A stretch of DNA of 64,000 bases from an uncultured Pseudomonadales bacterium. GTDB lineage: Bacteria > Patescibacteriota > Microgenomatia > UBA1400 > PJMF01. The notes under the pieces were generated by a model that was given only the letters and a program-made list of their open reading frames with translations, made no database searches and was not told the DNA's origin. The position numbers were made by a program, and so were the translations under genes. Positions within the stretch are counted from its first letter, which is position 1; each line of letters starts with the position of its first letter. The DNA lies in contig CAZEEV010000004.1 of assembly GCA_964511345.1 (NCBI GenBank), forward strand, positions 19,802 to 83,801, written 5' to 3'. Of the stretch, positions 40,559 through 50,397 are shown piece by piece.

Positions 40559-41428
40559 ATGTCAGCTAAACGCGATTATTACGAAGTTTTGGGAGTGAGT
40601 AAGACTGCGAGTGCCGCAGAAATCAAAGCTGCTTATCGCAAGTTAGCTCTTAAAAATCACCCTGATCGTAATAAGGAAGCTGGCGCTGAGGCCAAGTTTA
40701 AAGAAATTAATGAGGCTTATCAAGTTTTATCAGATCCCAAAAAAAAACAGACTTACGATCAATTTGGCCATGCAGCTTTTGATCCTTCCTCTGGCATGGG
40801 TGGTGGACAAGGGCCATTTGGTGGCTTTGGAGGTTTTGGTGGACAAGCTGGTGGTTTTAATTGGTCTTCTTATTCAAGTAGTGGTCAGGGTGCTGAATTT
40901 GATTTTGGTGATCCTTTTGAAATTTTTGAACAATTTTTTGGCGGTGGATTTGGCGGTCGCGCCAAGCGTCGCCCGCATTATTCTTTACAAATAGATTTCA
41001 TGGAAGCTGTTAGTGGCGTAACTAAAGACGTCGAAATTGAGGGTAAAAGACAAAAAATTAAAGTACCAGCTGGTGCCAATAATGGCACTCGCATTCGTTT
41101 TACTGATTTTGATGTTTCGATCGATGTTGGCACTCATTCTCGTTTCAAGCGTGATGGCTATGATGTTTTTGTTGATGAAAAGATTAATTTCAGCACAGCT
41201 GCTTTGGGCGGACAAATCGAAGTAGAAACTTTGCAAGGTAAAATTAAATTGAAAGTTAGGCCTGGTACACCTTCTCATTCTCTAATTCGTTTGCGCGATG
41301 AGGGCATTAAACATTTACAAGGTCGTGGCAAAGGTGATTTGTATGTGAGATTAATCATTGATGTGCCAGAAAAACTTAGTAGAGATCAAAAATCAGTTTT
41401 AGAAGATCTAAAAGATTTAGATCTCTAA
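40559..41428 (+). CDS. J-domain co-chaperone, DnaJ-like but lacking the CxxCxGxG zinc-finger domain (CbpA/type II-like)
   Basis: J domain with HPD (KNHPDRN), a G/F-rich region and C-terminal substrate-binding domains. No Cys repeats. 289 aa. Confidence 0.75.
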   Translation: MSAKRDYYEVLGVSKTASAAEIKAAYRKLALKNHPDRNKEAGAEAKFKEINEAYQVLSDPKKKQTYDQFGHAAFDPSSGMGGGQGPFGGFGGFGGQAGGFNWSSYSSSGQGAEFDFGDPFEIFEQFFGGGFGGRAKRRPHYSLQIDFMEAVSGVTKDVEIEGKRQKIKVPAGANNGTRIRFTDFDVSIDVGTHSRFKRDGYDVFVDEKINFSTAALGGQIEVETLQGKIKLKVRPGTPSHSLIRLRDEGIKHLQGRGKGDLYVRLIIDVPEKLSRDQKSVLEDLKDLDL

Positions 41429-41578
41429 TTTGATTGTTTTTAGTCCAAACTTGGCTTTTTTTCTTTTGTTTGTTATAATAACTAATAGTTGTTTTGTAAG
41501 AGGAGGACTGTTGAAAGACAAGTCCTTTTTTCTTATCAGACACTTTTTGGTTAAAATTTATATAAATAGAAAGAATTT

Positions 41579-42826
41579 ATGTCTACAGTACAGAATGCTA
41601 ACCTAGTTAGAACAGAATTTGCAGCTGCAATTACCCAAATTGCTACAGAGCGCAAAATTGATCCAGAAGATATTTACGAAGCGATTCGTCAGGCTTTAGT
41701 TTCTGCTTATCGTAAGCAAATTGGCGATCTGGATGAAAGTTTTTATTACTACGTCGACCTCGATAAAAATAATGGTTCAGCTCGCATTCTCAAAGCTCCG
41801 GTCACCAAGATGAATGAAGAAACCCTTGAGCCTTTAGAGTGGGATGAGAAAAAATCTGAAGATGTGACTCCAGCAGGTTTTGGTCGCATTGCTGCCCAAA
41901 CTGCTAAGCAAGTCATTTTGCAACGTATTCGAAGAAGTGAAAAAGATACCATCATCGCCGCTTATCGTGATCGCATTGGTGAAGTAGTGACTGGTCAAGT
42001 TTTACGTATGCAAGGTCGCAGTGTCATTTTAGACATTGGCCGTGGTCAGGCATTCATGCCCCCAGAAGAGCAAATGCGTGGCGAGTTTTATCGTCTTAAT
42101 CAACGTTTAGCTGTTTTGATTAAAGAAATTAGTGAGACAGTGCGCGGTGAGCAAATTATTGTTACCCGTGCCAGTGCCGAATTGGTCAGCAAACTTTTTG
42201 AACGTGAAGTCCCTGAAGTTTCTTCTGGCGCAGTTGAGATTGTTGCCATCGCTCGTGAAGCTGGTGTGCGTACCAAATTAACTGTTAAATCTACTCAAGA
42301 AGGAGTTGATCCAGTTGGTTCATGTGTCGGTCAACGTGGTGTTCGTGTGCAGAAGGTTATTGAAGAATTAAACAACGAAAAAGTTGATATTATTCCTTAC
42401 TCTGCTGACGCTAGACTTTTATTACAAGCTGCTTTAGCCCCAGCCGAAGGTTTGCAATTAGAAATTAATGATAAAAATAGAGTAGTAATAGTCACTGCTC
42501 CAGATGATCAATTATCTTTGGTGATTGGTCGTGGCGGCCAAAATGTGCGTTTGGCAGCCAAGTTGACTGGTTATCAAATTACCGTTAAGTCTGCTGCTGG
42601 TGAAGTGCAATCGGCTGTGACTGGCAAGGAAGATTACGAGATCGACACCTTTGGTTTATCAGCTGACACTAGAGAAGTTTTGATTCAACACAAACTAACT
42701 ACTTTGGCTGACTTAGTTAGATTTAGAGAGAAATGGGTAAACATGAATGAAGTGATTGAAGCAGATCAAAAAATCTTATTAGTCAAAGTAGATGAGTACT
42801 TAGCCGAAGAAGCAAAGCGCGAATAA
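41579..42826 (+). CDS. nusA: Transcription termination/antitermination factor NusA
   Basis: N-terminal domain, S1 and two KH domains (VTGQVLRMQGRSVILDIG ...). Confidence 0.9.
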   Translation: MSTVQNANLVRTEFAAAITQIATERKIDPEDIYEAIRQALVSAYRKQIGDLDESFYYYVDLDKNNGSARILKAPVTKMNEETLEPLEWDEKKSEDVTPAGFGRIAAQTAKQVILQRIRRSEKDTIIAAYRDRIGEVVTGQVLRMQGRSVILDIGRGQAFMPPEEQMRGEFYRLNQRLAVLIKEISETVRGEQIIVTRASAELVSKLFEREVPEVSSGAVEIVAIAREAGVRTKLTVKSTQEGVDPVGSCVGQRGVRVQKVIEELNNEKVDIIPYSADARLLLQAALAPAEGLQLEINDKNRVVIVTAPDDQLSLVIGRGGQNVRLAAKLTGYQITVKSAAGEVQSAVTGKEDYEIDTFGLSADTREVLIQHKLTTLADLVRFREKWVNMNEVIEADQKILLVKVDEYLAEEAKRE

Positions 42827-42845
42827 GCAAAAATCGAAATAAATT

Positions 42846-44330
42846 ATGTTACAAAAAAGAGCGCCAATTATTACCATTATGGGTCATGTCGATCACGGCA
42901 AGACTTCGCTCTTAGATTTTATTCGTCATTCTAATTTAGCTGCCCGTGAAGCTGGTGGCATCACTCAACATATCGGTGCCTACCAAATTGATTTTCAAGG
43001 TCAAAAAGTGACCTTCATTGATACTCCTGGACACGCTGCCTTTAATAAAATGCGTCAGCGTGGAGCTCAGGTTACCGATTTAGTGATTTTAGTGGTAGCC
43101 GCCAATGATGGCGTGAAACCACAAACATTAGAATCGATTCGCTTTATTAAAGAAAGCAAAGTGCCTTTTATTGTAGCGATTAATAAAATTGATTTACCTG
43201 ACTTACATTTAGAGGTAGTCAAAGGTCAATTAGCTGAGGCTGATGTTTTACTGCAAGAATATGGTGGCGATATTGAAGCTGTTGAAATTTCTGCCAAAAC
43301 TGGATTGGGCGTAGATAAATTACTTGAAACAATTACTGTTATGGCTGATTTACTAGAACTCAAGGCTGATCCCAGTGCTCCTCTTGAAGCCGTAGTGATT
43401 GAATCAACTATGGAAAAAAATAAAGGTCCAGTCGCTCGTGTAATTGTGCGTTCAGGTACACTGCAAACTCGTCAGGATTTAATTGTTGACGAGATTACTG
43501 GTCGTGTTCGTTTACTTGAAAATGAAAAAGGTCAGGCTATGGATCAGGTTTTACCTGGTGAACCAGCAGAAATTATTGGTTTGAGTGACGTGCCTGAAGT
43601 GGGTAGCGTTATCAGAGATGCTAATGCTAATTATGATGAGGATTTAACTGCTGAGTTTAGTAAAACTGGAGATCTTGAAAAATCTTTCCGCTTGAGTGAT
43701 GAAGTTAATTGGGACGCTTTGGATGTGGATTTTATGTTGGGTGAAAAAGAAAAAATTAAGCTCGTGATTAAAGCTGATGTTAAAGGCACTCTTGAAGCAA
43801 TTTTACAAAGTCTAGATAAAGAAACTGTGGAAGTGATTGCTTGTGGTGTGGGTCAAATTACTGAACAAGACATGGAGTTAGCTCGTGATAGTCAGGTTTT
43901 ATTAATTGCCTTTAATGTCAAAGTCAACAACACTCAGAAGAAAATCGCCAAGAGCATAGGGGTTAAAATTAAAGAATATAACATTATTTATCACCTCATC
44001 GAGGATTTGCAGCAAAGTATGCTCAAGTTAATGGATGCGACTTTTGATGAAGTAGTGACTGGCGAAGCTGAAATTTTGCAGATTTTTGAGATGAAAGGTG
44101 AAACCATTGCTGGAGTGAGAGTTAAAACTGGTGAACTGAAGAAAACAGATTTATTGCATTTAAAAAGAGGTGAAGAAATTATCGCCAATCCAGTTCTTAA
44201 AAGTATGAGACATGGTAAAGATGAAATTGATCGCATTGGTACCAAGAATGAAGGTGGTCTCACTTTTAAAAATAAAAAACTCGATTTTCAAATTGGTGAT
44301 CTTATTGTGGCCTATAAAAAAGAGAGCTAG
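42846..44330 (+). CDS. infB: Translation initiation factor IF-2 (short form beginning at the G domain)
   Basis: IITIMGHVDHGKTSLLD, DTPGHAAF, NKID. 494 aa. Confidence 0.9.
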   Translation: MLQKRAPIITIMGHVDHGKTSLLDFIRHSNLAAREAGGITQHIGAYQIDFQGQKVTFIDTPGHAAFNKMRQRGAQVTDLVILVVAANDGVKPQTLESIRFIKESKVPFIVAINKIDLPDLHLEVVKGQLAEADVLLQEYGGDIEAVEISAKTGLGVDKLLETITVMADLLELKADPSAPLEAVVIESTMEKNKGPVARVIVRSGTLQTRQDLIVDEITGRVRLLENEKGQAMDQVLPGEPAEIIGLSDVPEVGSVIRDANANYDEDLTAEFSKTGDLEKSFRLSDEVNWDALDVDFMLGEKEKIKLVIKADVKGTLEAILQSLDKETVEVIACGVGQITEQDMELARDSQVLLIAFNVKVNNTQKKIAKSIGVKIKEYNIIYHLIEDLQQSMLKLMDATFDEVVTGEAEILQIFEMKGETIAGVRVKTGELKKTDLLHLKRGEEIIANPVLKSMRHGKDEIDRIGTKNEGGLTFKNKKLDFQIGDLIVAYKKES

Positions 44331-44427
44331 ACTTTTTACCAGATAAGACTTATGCACAGCATCTTTCATACCAAAGGGTCTGAAATTCGCTAATGCATCT
44401 TTCATACCAGCTGCTTTTTGCAATAGA

Positions 44428-44456
44428 TTGCAAAAAGACAGGGTCTGAAATATAAT
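44428..44456 (+). promoter_or_regulatory. Sigma70-type promoter (TTGCAA-17-TATAAT) upstream of rpsO
   Basis: ttgcaaaaagacagggtctgaaatataat. The -35 box lies within the right arm of a hairpin. Confidence 0.45.
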
Positions 44457-44529
44457 ATCCTCCTTATTAATTAATGCTTACTTTTCTGTTTGGTTTGAAG
44501 CACTAGATAGATAAAGGTGAAAGGAAATT

Positions 44530-44799
44530 ATGGCATTAGCAAAACAAGGCAAAGCTTCTATTATTAAAGACTTCGCTCTTTTTGAAGGCGACACTGGATC
44601 TCCAGAAGTACAGGTAGCTCTTTTAACCGCTTCCATCGAACAGTTAACCGAACACTTAAAATTACACAAGAAAGATAACCACTCTCGCAAGGGCTTGCTC
44701 AAACAAGTTTCCAAGAGACGTCGTTTACTCAATTTCTTGCTTTCCAGAAGTGAAGACAGATATCGTAAATTGATTGAAAAATTGGGTTTGAGTAAATAA
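44530..44799 (+). CDS. rpsO: 30S ribosomal protein S15
   Basis: 89 aa: [14 protein letters not shown]...[16 protein letters not shown]. Confidence 0.9.
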   Translation: MALAKQGKASIIKDFALFEGDTGSPEVQVALLTASIEQLTEHLKLHKKDNHSRKGLLKQVSKRRRLLNFLLSRSEDRYRKLIEKLGLSK

Positions 44800-44898
44800 C
44801 TCAAGTTCTCATATTGCAAAGCGCAAAAAATTCTTTTACACTAGTTAAAGTGTTGTTTTTTAGTTCTTAAAATACAAGAAAGCAAAAAAAAGGAATAA

Positions 44899-46527
44899 AT
44901 GCCAGAAGAATTCTCTCCTCAAGTTACCAGCGAAATGAGCGGTATTAATACCGTGGCTCGTCGTAGTGAAAATTTAAGTGATCAAACCAAGGATGTTGCG
45001 ACTAATCTTGGGAAAATAGATAAGTCTGAGGATGCAATTCGACAAGAAGGTGTTCTGACAGACGATGAAAAAGACAATAAAAATTCATACACTGAACAAG
45101 AATTTCAAGCTATGAGTTTAGAAGATAAGAGAAATTTCTTATCTGAATTGCAATCTATGGCTAAAGAAAAAAGCCCTATGTTTGCTTTGGAATTGCAGAA
45201 AAATAAAAAAGAGGGTGAGTTATTTAAATTAGCTATGGCTTTTAGCAAAACCGAACAGGCTCTCCAACAGAAAATGGAAGCTTTTAAATATAAGAAAGCT
45301 GAAATAGAAGAAAAGCATGCTGAGCAAGCCGCTAAAGCTACTGAAAAATATGAAAAGGATAGCGAAAAAATTAAGGCAAAATCAAAAGGTAAGATTCGTA
45401 AACTAGCTAGCAAATTGAAAAAGAATTCTACAGTTAAGGAGTTTAGAGGCAAGACTCAAGAACTAAATTCTTTAGGAAACTATTTTGGTTTTCAAAGAAA
45501 TGAGGATGTAAACCAGGGCATAGCCTCTAAAAGAGATGAGATAAAAGAAGATGAGGGTGTAGCAAGTTTAATTGAGCAGATTAGCGCTGAAAAAAGTGAC
45601 ATGGATAACAAGTTGCAAGAAAGAAAGCAGCAGCTTTTAACTGAACTGGCAACTATAGAACAAAACACCAAACATGAGCTAAGCCAGTTAAAAGGTTCTA
45701 CTCTAACTGAAGTTAGCGAACTTAAACAACAATTGACACAAATTGAACAAAATCGTGATCGAGCTGAACAAGAATTCACTGATTTAGAAGCACAAATTGA
45801 AGACAAACAACGTCTTCAGGATTCCGTAGATCTTCTAAAAGATGAACTGCGTGAGTTTAGTTTTGCTGACGGTCAAAAGATAATGGCTGATATGGAAAAC
45901 CGAGCTGCTAACACCTTAAGTATGGAAACTTTATCTGTTGATAAAGAAAACCTTGAAGGCCAATTGGACGTTATTTCTAATGAAATCACTAAGTTAAATG
46001 CTGATTTAGAAGAAGCTGAAACTTTGGCAATCAATGCTAATGAGGCTTCTTACGTCGAGCAATTTAATAATCTATCTAACGAAGAAGATAGATTATTGGA
46101 GGAAAGATTAGCTGTTCATAAAGATTTAGAAGAAGAGCTGTACAAACCATATGTAGAATATTATAAGGAACCTCAAACTGTTGATTTAAGTATAGGCGCA
46201 AATGCATTCAATAGAGCTGAGAATGAAGTTGAAATAATGTCTAAAAGTGCAAGAAACAGAGTAAAAAAGGAAATCTCTAAATCTAAAGAAGCTTTGGAAA
46301 AGTTTACTAACAAACTTACAGATAGATTTACTAAGTTAAATAATAGGTTGAATATTTCGAAAGCTGATGCCAACAGTGAAGTCTATTCAACTACAAATGC
46401 AATCGATAACGATCTTTATGTAGCCCAAACGATTATTGATCAGGCCAAAGAAGGTGACTTCAGTCAAGTTGCGGGAAAAGAAAACTGGTTGAAGGCAACT
46501 TTTTCTAAATTATTTTCTAAAAAATAG
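44899..46527 (+). CDS. Large acidic coiled-coil hypothetical protein (542 aa)
   Basis: Glutamate/lysine/glutamine-rich heptad repeats throughout. No TM helix. It lies between rpsO and pnp. Confidence 0.5.
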   Translation: MPEEFSPQVTSEMSGINTVARRSENLSDQTKDVATNLGKIDKSEDAIRQEGVLTDDEKDNKNSYTEQEFQAMSLEDKRNFLSELQSMAKEKSPMFALELQKNKKEGELFKLAMAFSKTEQALQQKMEAFKYKKAEIEEKHAEQAAKATEKYEKDSEKIKAKSKGKIRKLASKLKKNSTVKEFRGKTQELNSLGNYFGFQRNEDVNQGIASKRDEIKEDEGVASLIEQISAEKSDMDNKLQERKQQLLTELATIEQNTKHELSQLKGSTLTEVSELKQQLTQIEQNRDRAEQEFTDLEAQIEDKQRLQDSVDLLKDELREFSFADGQKIMADMENRAANTLSMETLSVDKENLEGQLDVISNEITKLNADLEEAETLAINANEASYVEQFNNLSNEEDRLLEERLAVHKDLEEELYKPYVEYYKEPQTVDLSIGANAFNRAENEVEIMSKSARNRVKKEISKSKEALEKFTNKLTDRFTKLNNRLNISKADANSEVYSTTNAIDNDLYVAQTIIDQAKEGDFSQVAGKENWLKATFSKLFSKK

Positions 46528-46558
46528 ACTGTTTGTTAAATTGAATTAAATCTTAAAA

Positions 46559-46589
46559 CCCGGCTCTTGAGCCGGGTTTTTGTTTATTC
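46559..46589 (+). terminator. Rho-independent terminator
   Basis: cccggct-cttg-agccggg followed by tttttgttt. Confidence 0.7.
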
Positions 46590-46739
46590 CATGCTATAAT
46601 AGCCCCATATTAATTAGGAAACTCAAGGAGGATTCTTGAGGATTCAAAAAAGATGAGAATAACTTCTCTTCTTTTCAGAATACTCGCTCCCTTTGAATTT
46701 CCAAAAACGCTCTTAATAAAAGAGCAAGAAAGTAAAAAT

Positions 46740-49067
46740 ATGTCTTATCCAAAGTATGGAAATACTTATAAGAAAGATCTTCTAGTGGGTGACAAAGTCA
46801 TTCATTTAGAAATTGGTAAATTTAGTGAACAGGTCAGCGCTGCTGTCTTGGCCACTTGTGGTGAAACCATCGTTCACACCACTGTTGCTTTGGGCAGAAG
46901 AGTCAATCTTGGCTACTTCCCATTATCAGTCGAATTTGTGGAAAAACTTTTCGCTGGTGGAATTATTAAAGGTTCTCGTTGGGTCAAACGTGATGGTCGC
47001 CCTACTGATGACAGCGTGCTTCGTGCTCGCGTGATCGATCGCACTATGCGTCCACTGTTCCCAGATGGAATTACTAATGAAGTGCAAGTCATCAGTACTG
47101 TTTTATCTTATGATGGTGAAAATGAGCCAGATATGATTGCTTTGGTAAGCACTGGTTTAGCGCTGCAAATTTCTGACATTCCTTTCGATGGTCCAGTGGC
47201 TGGAATGCGTTTTGGTTTAGATGAAAATAAACAATTCATCATTAACCCACTACGTAGCCAAATCGAAAAGAACGATTTAGATTTGATTGTTTCAGCTTCC
47301 AAGAATTCTATCGTTATGGTTGAAGCTGGTGCCAATGAAGTAGCTGAAGAAGTCATGATCGAAGCACTTTTAAAGGCTCAAGACGAAGCTACTAAGATTT
47401 GTGAACAGGTTGAAAGTATCGTCGCTGAAGTCGGCAAAGAAAAGCTTGTTTTGGTAGACGCTGAAGATCCAGAAAAAGTCGCTGCCAAGCAAGCCATTGT
47501 TGATCGTATGGCTAGTACTTACAAAAAAGAAATCAACGAGATGGTTAACAAAGAGGGTCGTTTAGAGCCAACTGGTTTGAAAGAATTAATCGCTCAAATT
47601 TTAGAAGAGGATAAAACCAAACTAGCCGAAGGCGAAGTCAGTGAATTAAACGAAGGAATGCTTAATGGTATTTTCCACGATTTAATGAAATCTGAAGCTC
47701 GTCGTATGATTCTAGAAGATGGTATTCGTCCAGATGGTCGCAATACCACCGAAATCAGACCAATCTGGTGTGAAGTTGATTTGCTACCTAGAGTTCATGG
47801 TAGTGCTATGTTCAAACGTGGCGCCACTCAAGCTTTGACAGTCGTCACTCTTGGTGATCCTTCTCTTGGACAATTAGTGGAAGACATGGCTGGTGAGCAA
47901 ACTCATCACTATTTCCACCACTATGACATGCCTCCATATGCTTCTGGTGAAGCTGGACGCATTGGTTATCCTAAGAGACGTGAAATTGGCCATGGTGCTC
48001 TCGCACAACGCGCCTTGATGCCTATGATCCCAAGTCAAGAAGTTTTCCCTTATACCATTCACGTGGTGAGTGAAATTATGTCTTCAAATGGTTCAACCTC
48101 TCAGGCTTCAGTTTGTGGTTCCACCATGGCTTTAATGGCCGCTGGTGTTCCAATCAAAAAACCAGTAGCAGGTATTGCTATGGGTTTGATGTCTGATGGC
48201 GAGAAACTTGTTGTCCTTTCAGATATTCAAGGCTTAGAAGATCACGTCGGTGATATGGACTTTAAAGTAGCTGGTACCAAGGAAGGCATCACTGCTATTC
48301 AAATGGATATTAAACTTAAGGGTATTCCAAAAGAAATTTTAGTTCAGGCTTTAGGTCAAGCTCGCGAAGGTCGCTTGCATATTATGGGCGAAATGATGAA
48401 ATGCATTTCAGAGCCAAGAACTTCTTTAAGTCCTTATGCTCCAAAAGTTGCTCAAATTACTATTCCAGCTGAAAAGATTGGTGCTGTGATTGGTTCAGGT
48501 GGCTCAGTGATTAAAGATATCATTGAAAAATCTGGTGCAGAAGTCAATGTCGAAGAAGACAAAGAAAACAAGACTGGTGTTATCAATGTGTCTTCTCCAG
48601 ATCAAGCTGCGATCGATAAAGCAGTTAAAATGATCGAAGACATTACTAGAGAAATCAACGTCGATGACGAATTTGATGGTACTATCACTCGTGTTGAGGG
48701 TTACGGCGCTTTCGTCGAATTCTTACCAGGACGTGAAGGCCTTGTGCATGTTTCCAACATGTCTTCTGAATATGTTAAAGACGCTAATGATCTTTATAAA
48801 GTTGGTGATAGCGTTCATGTTCGTGTCAAAGAATATAACCCAGAGGGTAAGATTGCTTTGACCATGCTAACCAAAGAACAAGAAGACGCCCAAAAAGCTG
48901 CCAAGGCTGCTCGCGGCGAAAGCGATGATAATGGTCGCGGTCGCAGTGGTGGCTACAATGGTGGCCGTCCAGCTTTTGGTAGTCGTGATGGCGACAGAGG
49001 TGGCGATCGTTATGAAAGACGTCCTTCCTTTGGAGGTCGTGATAACGGCGGCGGTAGAAGATATTAA
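46740..49067 (+). CDS. pnp: Polyribonucleotide nucleotidyltransferase (PNPase) with RGG/RG-rich C-terminal tail
   Basis: Two RNase PH domains, KH and S1 domains. C-terminal GRGRSGGYNGGRPAFGSRDGDRGGDRYERRPSFGGRDNGGGRRY. The MSYPKY start at 46740 is preferred over the ORF-track start. Confidence 0.9.
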   Translation: MSYPKYGNTYKKDLLVGDKVIHLEIGKFSEQVSAAVLATCGETIVHTTVALGRRVNLGYFPLSVEFVEKLFAGGIIKGSRWVKRDGRPTDDSVLRARVIDRTMRPLFPDGITNEVQVISTVLSYDGENEPDMIALVSTGLALQISDIPFDGPVAGMRFGLDENKQFIINPLRSQIEKNDLDLIVSASKNSIVMVEAGANEVAEEVMIEALLKAQDEATKICEQVESIVAEVGKEKLVLVDAEDPEKVAAKQAIVDRMASTYKKEINEMVNKEGRLEPTGLKELIAQILEEDKTKLAEGEVSELNEGMLNGIFHDLMKSEARRMILEDGIRPDGRNTTEIRPIWCEVDLLPRVHGSAMFKRGATQALTVVTLGDPSLGQLVEDMAGEQTHHYFHHYDMPPYASGEAGRIGYPKRREIGHGALAQRALMPMIPSQEVFPYTIHVVSEIMSSNGSTSQASVCGSTMALMAAGVPIKKPVAGIAMGLMSDGEKLVVLSDIQGLEDHVGDMDFKVAGTKEGITAIQMDIKLKGIPKEILVQALGQAREGRLHIMGEMMKCISEPRTSLSPYAPKVAQITIPAEKIGAVIGSGGSVIKDIIEKSGAEVNVEEDKENKTGVINVSSPDQAAIDKAVKMIEDITREINVDDEFDGTITRVEGYGAFVEFLPGREGLVHVSNMSSEYVKDANDLYKVGDSVHVRVKEYNPEGKIALTMLTKEQEDAQKAAKAARGESDDNGRGRSGGYNGGRPAFGSRDGDRGGDRYERRPSFGGRDNGGGRRY

Positions 49068-49090
49068 TCTTCTTTAAATAGAAAATTTGA

Positions 49091-49127
49091 AAAGCCCCAG
49101 CCTAAAAACTGGAGCTTTTTTATTTAT
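49091..49127 (+). terminator. Rho-independent terminator after pnp
   Basis: aagccccag-cctaaaaa-ctggagctt (one mismatch) followed by a T-run. Confidence 0.5.
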
Positions 49128-49530
49128 TTTATGAATATTTTGTTAGATCTAATACTATTTGAATCAGTTTAGCTAAATTAATCAAAATTATTGACCATTC
49201 TAGTAAATTGTTTTTCTTTTGTTTTTTAAACATAGGCCATTTACCCCTAAATAATAATTTATAAACTTCCAGTCCCTTGATAGGGGTTAGGCCTAAATAC
49301 AATTTTAGAGAGTGATTTTAGTTCAACACAATAGGCAGTTTTTAAATAAAAAGCTACACACCTCAAACAGACCGTAGAAGGAGCTGAAATAGAGGTTTGA
49401 TTTTTCAAATTGCATGGAACAGCGACTTCTCCGAATGAGACAAAGATTGTTTAATTTAATTAATAAACAGTTTTAGTTGAATGTGGCTTGATTGAGGTGC
49501 GTAGCTTTTGTATCGTGTATACTAATCTTT

Positions 49531-50397
49531 ATGCGCGTCAGTAATTTATTAGATTCTGCTGGTTTCATTGGTATTTTAGAACTTGATAATAATCGTGATT
49601 TAGCTGAGAGTTTGGGTTTGGATTTAACTTTGCAAGACAACACTCAATTATTAGATGAAATTAATAGTTATATTTTGCAATTAAGTAAAGAAGTGACTGG
49701 AGTGATTTATGATCCGATTTATACTTTTAAATTTTTATCCCAAAATAATCAACAGACCAGCGCTTTGATTCGTTTAGAACAAGATAGAGAAACTTTGCCA
49801 GATAGTTTGCCATTGTTATTTCCCAGCTTTAGTTTGGAAGAAATTAGCAGTAACTATGCTTTGGCTAAATTAGAATTAAATTATCATCCCAGAGAACAAA
49901 AGGCATTGGAAAAGAAACAATTATTGGCGGAAATCAGAGAATATTCAAAAATTCTTAACATAGATGTTTTACTGAAGCTAAATGTTTACGATCCTAATCA
50001 ATTACTTGTGCAAAAGGATGCGCAAATTAAGTTTTCTTTTGATGATGATCAATTGTTGGCAATTCAAGAATTAAGGTCTTTTAGTGACGTTCTAGTCATC
50101 CAAAATCCCTCTGATCCACTAGCAATGGCGACTATCATCAGTGAGTTGGATATTCCTTGTTTAATTATGGCTAATGAAACAGATAGCTATGAACAATTCA
50201 AAGATAAATTTCGCATGGCAATGGAGAATGGAGCCAAGGGTTATTGCTTGTCTCAAGTTTTGTGGCAAGAATTAAGTACTTATCGTCAAGAAAATCAAAG
50301 TTTAGATCTGACAAATATACAGAAATTTTTCCAAACCACTGTCAGAGATCGCTTGCTTGAACTTAATCGCATTGCTTCAGAAAGTCTAGCTTCATGA
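49531..50397 (+). CDS. Class I aldolase-like TIM-barrel protein, LacD (tagatose-1,6-bisphosphate aldolase)-like
   Basis: Segmental similarity to the LacD family (GFIGILELDNNRDL / ISALAFDQRGAL; VIYDPIY / ILLDPEYG; IDVLLKLNVYDP with candidate Schiff-base Lys; AMENGAKGYCLSQVLWQ / AAESGAKFNGVLCGRATW). The start is placed at an internal Met. Confidence 0.4.
   Translation: MRVSNLLDSAGFIGILELDNNRDLAESLGLDLTLQDNTQLLDEINSYILQLSKEVTGVIYDPIYTFKFLSQNNQQTSALIRLEQDRETLPDSLPLLFPSFSLEEISSNYALAKLELNYHPREQKALEKKQLLAEIREYSKILNIDVLLKLNVYDPNQLLVQKDAQIKFSFDDDQLLAIQELRSFSDVLVIQNPSDPLAMATIISELDIPCLIMANETDSYEQFKDKFRMAMENGAKGYCLSQVLWQELSTYRQENQSLDLTNIQKFFQTTVRDRLLELNRIASESLAS

Noticed and set aside
40710-41278. Several 60-100 aa ORFs on both strands inside dnaJ
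   Set aside because: They lie within a conserved J-protein coding region and are low-complexity translations of the G/F-rich segment.
44340-44460. Possible CRISPR or tandem-repeat array upstream of rpsO
   Set aside because: Only two copies of the motif are present, the spacing is irregular, and no cas genes are present. It is interpreted instead as a duplicated regulatory element with a hairpin insertion.
45105-45806. Two minus-strand ORFs (115 and 104 aa) inside the coiled-coil gene
   Set aside because: Shadow ORFs produced by GAA/AAA-rich heptad-repeat codons. Their products are Ser/Leu/Cys/Phe low-complexity.
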